A DNA stretch of 32,000 nt, from contig NC_014833.1 of assembly GCF_000179635.2 (NCBI RefSeq), positions 2,370,001-2,402,000 of the forward strand, in the 5' to 3' direction. Of this stretch, positions 27,360-32,000 are shown piece by piece; position 1 is the first letter of the stretch; every line of letters starts with the position of its first letter. The translations under genes were made by a program, and so were the position numbers. The notes under the pieces are model-generated. The model was not told the origin of the DNA and made no database searches. It saw only the letters and a list, made by a program, of their open reading frames with translations. Source of the stretch: Ruminococcus albus 7 = DSM 20455. Its GTDB lineage: Bacteria > Bacillota > Clostridia > Oscillospirales > Ruminococcaceae.

Positions 27360-29012
27360 TCATCTTATTATAGTACCTTCTTCAAGGCGCTTTTCAAATA
27401 CTTCCACAGGAAGAGCTTTGTCATAATAGAATCCCTGTGCCACATCACATCCATACTTACGCAGTACCTCGACCTGTTTAGCTGTTTCTACACCCTCTGC
27501 GATACATTCAAGACCCATTTCACGAGCCATAGCAACAACATACTTGAACATGACACTTCGCGGGCTGCGCTCATCATCCTCATCAACAGGAACTATACTT
27601 TTGTCGATTTTGAGAACATCCCAAGTGATCTCTTTAATGAGATTAAGTGATGAATAACCTATACCAAAATCGTCTACTGATGTCGATATCCCCTGCTCCT
27701 GCAAACATGAAACTACATACTTCATATCTTTGAACTCTACATCTGTGGTAGTTTCAGTAAGCTCTATCTCGATATATTCATGTGGTACACCATAAAGATC
27801 AATTATATGCAGCAGATGTCTGACCAGATCAATATCAAGGATATGCTTGCGTGAGAGATTTACAGATATACGAACAATATCTCTGCCCTCATCGATCCAG
27901 CGTCTGAGATCACGGCACACGTGTTCGAGCATATAAAAATCAAGCTTGCAAATATCCATCGATCGTTCCAGTATCGGAACAAATCCTATAGGATATATAA
28001 GCTCTCCGTCGTGCTTCCAGCGGTAAAGCGCTTCCGCACCAACGATCTTTCCATCAATTATAGATACCTTTGGCTGATAATATACGTGAAATTCTTCTTT
28101 TTCCATAGCTTCTGGCAGTTGATGCTGCACAGTGGCTATATGCTTCTTTTCCTCCATCAGCTTTGGTTCAAAAAATATGATATCATCGCGCCCTGACGTT
28201 TTGGCAGCACTCAATGCAAGAGAAAGCTTGTCCATGATCTCTCCGAAGATATTTACCTCAAAATCATCATCAAGAATGTACACGCCTGCAGTAGCGCTTA
28301 CATTTACACGGTCACTGAATTCATCACCAAAAGAAACTACTGTGCCTTTCAAATATTCAACAACTTCTTTGATTTTTTTGGCAGTCATCAGCATGATAAA
28401 ATTATCTCCGCCTATTCTGCATACAGGTATCGGAGCATCACTGATCTCATCCAGTCCAGCAATAAAAGTATGCATGACTACATCTCCGTAATCTCTGCCG
28501 ACCTGATGATTCACAGCCTGAAAATGTTTAAGATTGAACCTGGCTGCAGCATAGCCTTTAAGCCCTGCATCTTCACACAGCTTTACCAGCTGAGTACTGA
28601 AATAACGCAGATTATGATATCCTGCTTCATCTTCAAATCTGCTGCTGAAAAGATATAGCATGGAGATCATAAGATCAAGACGGTTGCGTATCCTTTCTGT
28701 CCAAGCCGGCGCGCCCTTCTTGTGATAGACCTTATATAGCAGAACGCTCGTACCGTCAGTGATCTTTTTGACAGTGATCACATCATCATCCGTTTCACCA
28801 TCCTGATATATAGCATCACTCAGGTTTTCTTCACTGTCTAAAATTGAAAAATCAGAATGCACATCAATAGTCATCATTCCAACATCGGAAAGTCTGCATA
28901 TATCTGATATAGCAGCAGAAACGACTTTCTTATCAATAGCATTTTCGTGATTAGACATTTGCATAATAAAGCTCTGAAAAGCTACAACTATATCATTTAT
29001 CACAAATATCAC
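27360..29012 (-). CDS. c-di-GMP turnover protein: unknown N-terminal domain, degenerate GGDEF (GGDNF) and intact EAL phosphodiesterase domain
   Basis: 550 aa. The GGDEF box reads RIGGDNF and no RxxD I-site is seen. The EAL domain has EALYRW, NLS, ELTE, DDFGIGYSS, KIDKS, EGVET and QGFYY. The start is uncertain: the listed start is a GTG with AGGGA too close, and a GTG three codons in or the Met codons at 17 and 19 are alternatives. Confidence 0.88.
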   Translation of the reverse strand: MIFVINDIVVAFQSFIMQMSNHENAIDKKVVSAAISDICRLSDVGMMTIDVHSDFSILDSEENLSDAIYQDGETDDDVITVKKITDGTSVLLYKVYHKKGAPAWTERIRNRLDLMISMLYLFSSRFEDEAGYHNLRYFSTQLVKLCEDAGLKGYAAARFNLKHFQAVNHQVGRDYGDVVMHTFIAGLDEISDAPIPVCRIGGDNFIMLMTAKKIKEVVEYLKGTVVSFGDEFSDRVNVSATAGVYILDDDFEVNIFGEIMDKLSLALSAAKTSGRDDIIFFEPKLMEEKKHIATVQHQLPEAMEKEEFHVYYQPKVSIIDGKIVGAEALYRWKHDGELIYPIGFVPILERSMDICKLDFYMLEHVCRDLRRWIDEGRDIVRISVNLSRKHILDIDLVRHLLHIIDLYGVPHEYIEIELTETTTDVEFKDMKYVVSCLQEQGISTSVDDFGIGYSSLNLIKEITWDVLKIDKSIVPVDEDDERSPRSVMFKYVVAMAREMGLECIAEGVETAKQVEVLRKYGCDVAQGFYYDKALPVEVFEKRLEEGTIIR

Positions 29013-29082
29013 GTCCCTTCACTGCTGCCGTAAAACAGTATATAGTTTTTTAATTTAACCGATTCTATAACCATTTTAGTAT

Positions 29083-29111
29083 ATTATACCATAGTCATTT
29101 AACAATTTCAA
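29083..29111 (-). promoter_or_regulatory. Sigma-A-type promoter for the GGDNF-EAL gene
   Basis: The minus strand reads TTGAAA (29111-29106), a 17 bp spacer, then TATAAT (29088-29083). This is about 65 nt upstream of the ORF start. Confidence 0.55.
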
Positions 29112-29491
29112 GAGGATTCTTAAAATTTCACAAATATTATTTTTGTTATCAACATCGTCAAAACATACTTTGGTAATCAAAATATTATATTTTATCGAAA
29201 AAGACTTATGGTTATACCACTGATTTGCTACATATTGCTGTTTTAAACAATGAGATTACATGAACAAACATGTTTTTTTCAGTTCAAAATTGATACTTGA
29301 GATAGTATCCGCACATATAAACTTTAAGTTATATTTCAAAGGTCTATAAAAATTGTTTTAACTGCACAGTTTCTATGAATGAACAATTCCTGACCGCCAA
29401 TGCCACTCTATTTATCTACAGTGAAATCTGAAGATTTGATCATGATTTCCCGCAAATTTTACAATTTGTTCATGGTAGCGGTGAATTTATA

Positions 29492-29529
29492 GGATAGTTT
29501 TCTCGGAAATGGGATAGACTTTTCGGGAA
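29492..29529 (+). repeat. Tandem imperfect 18 bp direct repeat (period 20 bp) overlapping the -35 of the plus-strand promoter
   Basis: GGATAGTTTTCTCGGAAA (29492-29509) and GGATAGACTTTTCGGGAA (29512-29529) share 14 of 18 positions by my count. Confidence 0.4.
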
Positions 29530-29543
29530 CATTGTGTTATAAT
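29515..29543 (+). promoter_or_regulatory. Extended -10 promoter for the tandem-domain gene
   Basis: TAGACT (29515-29520), a 17 bp spacer, then TGtTATAAT (TG at 29535-29536, hexamer at 29538-29543). Confidence 0.5.
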
Positions 29544-29609
29544 TTACAGATAGAAGTAAGCCCTCGACTTGCTTATAATTATTTGCTTTCAGACAAGGAG
29601 CGAGACACA

Positions 29610-30317
29610 GTGAAAATTGCAAACGGAATGGAATTTGTCAATGACGACAGAGTAATAGGAAAATGGGAAAATATCGGCTGGATAAGCGGTATAAATAGTT
29701 TTTCGGTCACAGACCTGAATGACAAAAGCGGTGAATACAATATTCTGTATTTTCTCCCGAACGGAGAGCCATACTGGATATTTGAGGGCTGGACAAAGGG
29801 CGTTATCCTTATCAACTACGGCGGTGACGATCCCATACTTTCATACAGATATGACCTTCGGGATATAGACGGCAAACAATATCTTTTTTTCAGACTTGAT
29901 GATAAGACCGAGGTATTTGTAAAAGCTGACAGCGAACATTATACTAAAGCTACTCTCGGAAATCACGATAACATAGACCTGCCCTTTGTATCCGATAAAA
30001 AGCTGATAGGCGCATGGGATTCAGTCGCATTCGTATCGGAGACAGAGGATTTCTCGCCCGAAAACAAGTACGACGATCTGTTTCTTAAATCCATGAAAAT
30101 ACTACCTGACGGAGATCTGATACAGACATATATGGATAGTGAATGGCATGATAAATGGACTAAGGGTTATATCCTAAATCTTCACCGTACAACTGCTGCG
30201 AAATATCAGATAACCGAAATTAACGGAACAGAATATTTATTCATGGAATGGAAAATGGGAAATTACATCTACGGCGGTATGAAACCGGACTATTATGTAT
30301 TCAAGAGAAAAATATGA
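29610..30317 (+). CDS. Hypothetical 235 aa protein built from two tandem copies of a ~100 aa GxW (lipocalin-like?) domain
   Basis: I chose the GTG at 29610 as the start because AAGGAG lies 9 nt upstream. The listed ATG at 29532 lies inside the promoter. The two halves align by eye: VNDDRVIGKWENIGWIS...YLFFRLDDKTEVFVK against VSDKKLIGAWDSVAFVS...YLFMEWKMGN..YYVFKR. No signal peptide. Confidence 0.72.
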   Translation: MKIANGMEFVNDDRVIGKWENIGWISGINSFSVTDLNDKSGEYNILYFLPNGEPYWIFEGWTKGVILINYGGDDPILSYRYDLRDIDGKQYLFFRLDDKTEVFVKADSEHYTKATLGNHDNIDLPFVSDKKLIGAWDSVAFVSETEDFSPENKYDDLFLKSMKILPDGDLIQTYMDSEWHDKWTKGYILNLHRTTAAKYQITEINGTEYLFMEWKMGNYIYGGMKPDYYVFKRKI

Positions 30318-30324
30318 TTTATCT

Positions 30325-30354
30325 TGCAGAGCTACACCGGCTCTGCATTTTTTA
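30325..30354 (+). terminator. Rho-independent terminator after the tandem-domain gene
   Basis: 8 bp stem TGCAGAGC / GCTCTGCA (30325-30332 and 30340-30347) with a 7 nt loop, followed by TTTTTTAT. Confidence 0.8.
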
Positions 30355-30806
30355 TGCCCAATCACAAATATCCCATAATAATTTCACGATAAGAAAACTT
30401 TTATGGCGCATATTGCTTCATGAGCACTGCAAATAAACTTTTTACATCTGAGTGCGCTATAGTATTATCGTGTGGGGGAGTAGTTCGGTTCTGCTACACT
30501 CATGAATGAAGAATGGTGGGTATTAAGACAGGCTTGATGCTTTGTATTCTCAGAGAATATACAATCGGTTTGTGCTGCGTTGACCTGTTTCAATAACCTG
30601 AGAAATCTCTGACCGATTTGCAGAACATTCTTGTCGGTGCTTATAACTCAGAGGATGTTTTCTGAGTCATTTTCGTGCATTGTATAATACGCTGTATAAA
30701 AGATCGAACTTCCACGATAATTTGTGCAACACGCTTTATGCATCGGAAAGTAGCATTACTTTCAATCGATTTGCAAACATAAGTTGGTGGAAAAAAGCTG
30801 CTATTT

Positions 30807-30815
30807 TGATATAAT
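30807..30815 (+). promoter_or_regulatory. Candidate extended -10 element (TGaTATAAT) upstream of the MFS gene
   Basis: TG at 30807-30808 and TATAAT at 30810-30815. The -35 is poor. It would give a leader of about 165 nt. A second candidate promoter, TTTACA-16-TATTAT, lies at 30441-30468. Confidence 0.35.
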
Positions 30816-30987
30816 ATCATCGAAAGAGAACGAACCGAGCGTAGAAAACTAAACCCGATTCGCAGTTCTTGTACGAATTTCACCAATTATCAGGTCGGCG
30901 TAGTGGGCATCCTGACGATCCTGTTGCTGCAAATTCCGTCAGTCTGGCACTAAACATATACAAGGATATTAAGCATGGAGGAAACTT

Positions 30988-32000
30988 ATGAAGAACTTTA
31001 TCTACATTTGGATCGGAGAATTGATTTCAAGCATAGGAACGGGAATGACCTCATTTGCGCTGAGTGTCTATGTTTATCAGACATACGGCAACGCATCTGC
31101 AGTATCATTGGTGACATTACTCGCTTTTCTTCCAAGTATTTTGCTGAGTCCGATAGCCGGTTTACTTGCAGACCGTTTTAACCGAAGAATTCTGATGGTC
31201 TGCGGCGATTCGCTTTCAGCACTGGGTCTGATTTTCATACTGCTGAATATGCAGTTCGGAACCCTGCAGCTATGGATGATATGTGTCGGTGTGACTATAA
31301 GTTCCTTCTTTTCTTCCCTGCTGAATCCTGCATACAAAGCAACAATTACAGATCTGCTGACAGAAGAGCAATACGCAAAAGCAAGTGGAATGGTACAGAT
31401 CGCATCCTCGGCACAGTTTCTTATCTCGCCGTTTATTGCGAGTATTTTGCTTAGCTTTTACGATATCAGACTGATTCTTATGATAGATATCTGCACAATT
31501 ATCGTAACGGTCATTACGATTTTACTGGTCAACAGACATATCAAAGAAAAGCCACACAAGAAGGAGAACTTCAATGCGCTGAAGGATCTGAAAGAAGGCT
31601 TTGCCAGCGTGATCCGGCATCCCGGCATCCGTATACTTGTGTTTTTGATGTCCTTTGCCTGCTTCACCCTCGGGCTCTTGCAGACCATGCTTTCTCCGAT
31701 GGTTCTTTCATTTACGGATTCAAAGAGCCTCGGATATCTGGAATCGCTCAGTGCCATCGGTATGCTGGTCGGAAGTATCGTGATCGGCGTAATGTCCATC
31801 AAGAAAAACTTCTGCCGTGTGTTATTTATCGGTCTTGCACTAAACGGCCTCGGAATGATCGGAATCGGTATGACCTGCAATTTTAGGATTATAATATGCA
31901 GCGGTTTACTTATCTTTATAACACTTCCGTTTATAAATGTATCAGCAGATACTATGGCACGTATTAATATTCCGAATGAAGTACAGGGGCGTGCATGGGG
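30988..32000 (+). CDS. MFS transporter, Mef/EntS-like drug-efflux subfamily, N-terminal ~337 aa; runs off the right edge
   Basis: Open-ended ORF that is absent from the ORF track. My translation reads MKNFIYIWIGELISSIGTGMTSFALSVYVYQTYGNASAVSLVTLLAFLPSILLSPIAGLLADRFNRRILMV..., with multiple TM helices and MFS motif A (GLLADRFNRRILM). Segment-by-segment it resembles Mef(A) as I remember it. A GGAGGA RBS lies 5 nt upstream of the ATG at 30988. Confidence 0.88.
   Translation, partial: MKNFIYIWIGELISSIGTGMTSFALSVYVYQTYGNASAVSLVTLLAFLPSILLSPIAGLLADRFNRRILMVCGDSLSALGLIFILLNMQFGTLQLWMICVGVTISSFFSSLLNPAYKATITDLLTEEQYAKASGMVQIASSAQFLISPFIASILLSFYDIRLILMIDICTIIVTVITILLVNRHIKEKPHKKENFNALKDLKEGFASVIRHPGIRILVFLMSFACFTLGLLQTMLSPMVLSFTDSKSLGYLESLSAIGMLVGSIVIGVMSIKKNFCRVLFIGLALNGLGMIGIGMTCNFRIIICSGLLIFITLPFINVSADTMARINIPNEVQGRAW

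Noticed and set aside
29013-29531. Possible c-di-GMP (GEMM) riboswitch upstream of the GGDNF-EAL gene
   Set aside because: The region is strongly AT-rich. It lacks the GC-rich paired P1/P2 elements and the conserved GEMM core as I remember it.
30641-30886. 81 aa minus-strand ORF in the gap upstream of the MFS gene
   Set aside because: It has no RBS and an implausible composition. It also overlaps the candidate plus-strand promoter and leader elements.
30975-31181. 68 aa plus-strand ORF starting 13 nt before the MFS start
   Set aside because: It is in a different frame from the long TM-rich MFS reading frame, which continues uninterrupted to the window edge. The stronger GGAGGA RBS serves the ATG at 30988.
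31458-31880. 140 aa minus-strand ORF
   Set aside because: It is antisense to the MFS transporter coding sequence. Its hydrophobic look is the mirror of the TM helices.
1-32000. CRISPR arrays, tRNA/rRNA genes, IS elements, integrases and phage or defence modules
   Set aside because: I looked for regularly spaced repeats, transposase- or integrase-like ORFs and cloverleaf-sized GC-rich RNAs on both strands. None was found. All long ORFs are accounted for by housekeeping or single accessory genes.

Overview
The window looks like a conserved core chromosomal segment from a low-GC Firmicute, probably Clostridia. That lineage call is an inference from PolC, short-form HisG plus HisZ, and the gene orders der-plsY-gpsA and pyrH-frr-uppS-cdsA-dxr-rseP-ispG-polC. 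From 1 to about 29000 every supported gene is on the minus strand. Two plus-strand genes follow at the right edge. Contents, left to right:

- A histidine biosynthesis operon (hisZ-hisG-hisD-hisB-hisH ... hisF) with four non-his genes interleaved.
- polC, then the isoprenoid/envelope/translation block ispG, rseP, dxr, cdsA, uppS, frr, pyrH.
- A YjbQ-family gene, gpsA, an orphan 156 aa gene, plsY, der, rpmF and yceD.
- A mini P-loop protein and pgi.
- A PBP5-like lipoprotein whose three catalytic motifs all look degenerate.
- A GGDNF-EAL c-di-GMP protein.
- A protein made of two tandem GxW domains, and the 5' part of a Mef-like MFS exporter.

I found no rRNA, tRNA, CRISPR array, transposase, integrase or recognisable defence system. 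Several near-consensus sigma-A-type promoters and rho-independent terminators can be read directly.

I cannot point to a clear new multi-gene system. The stretches most worth a second look are:

- The mosaic his operon: an alpha/beta hydrolase, a cytoplasmic NodB-type deacetylase, and a methyltransferase plus a 160 aa protein, tightly or translationally coupled to his genes. hisA, hisC and a histidinol-phosphatase are not visible.
- An orphan gene wedged into plsY-gpsA.
- The apparently inactive PBP5 paralog.
- Four long non-coding spacers: 1537-1833, 13492-13763, 29112-29514 and 30355-30987. The last may hold a leader or sRNA for the efflux pump.

All functional calls rest on motif recognition by eye, with no database search.
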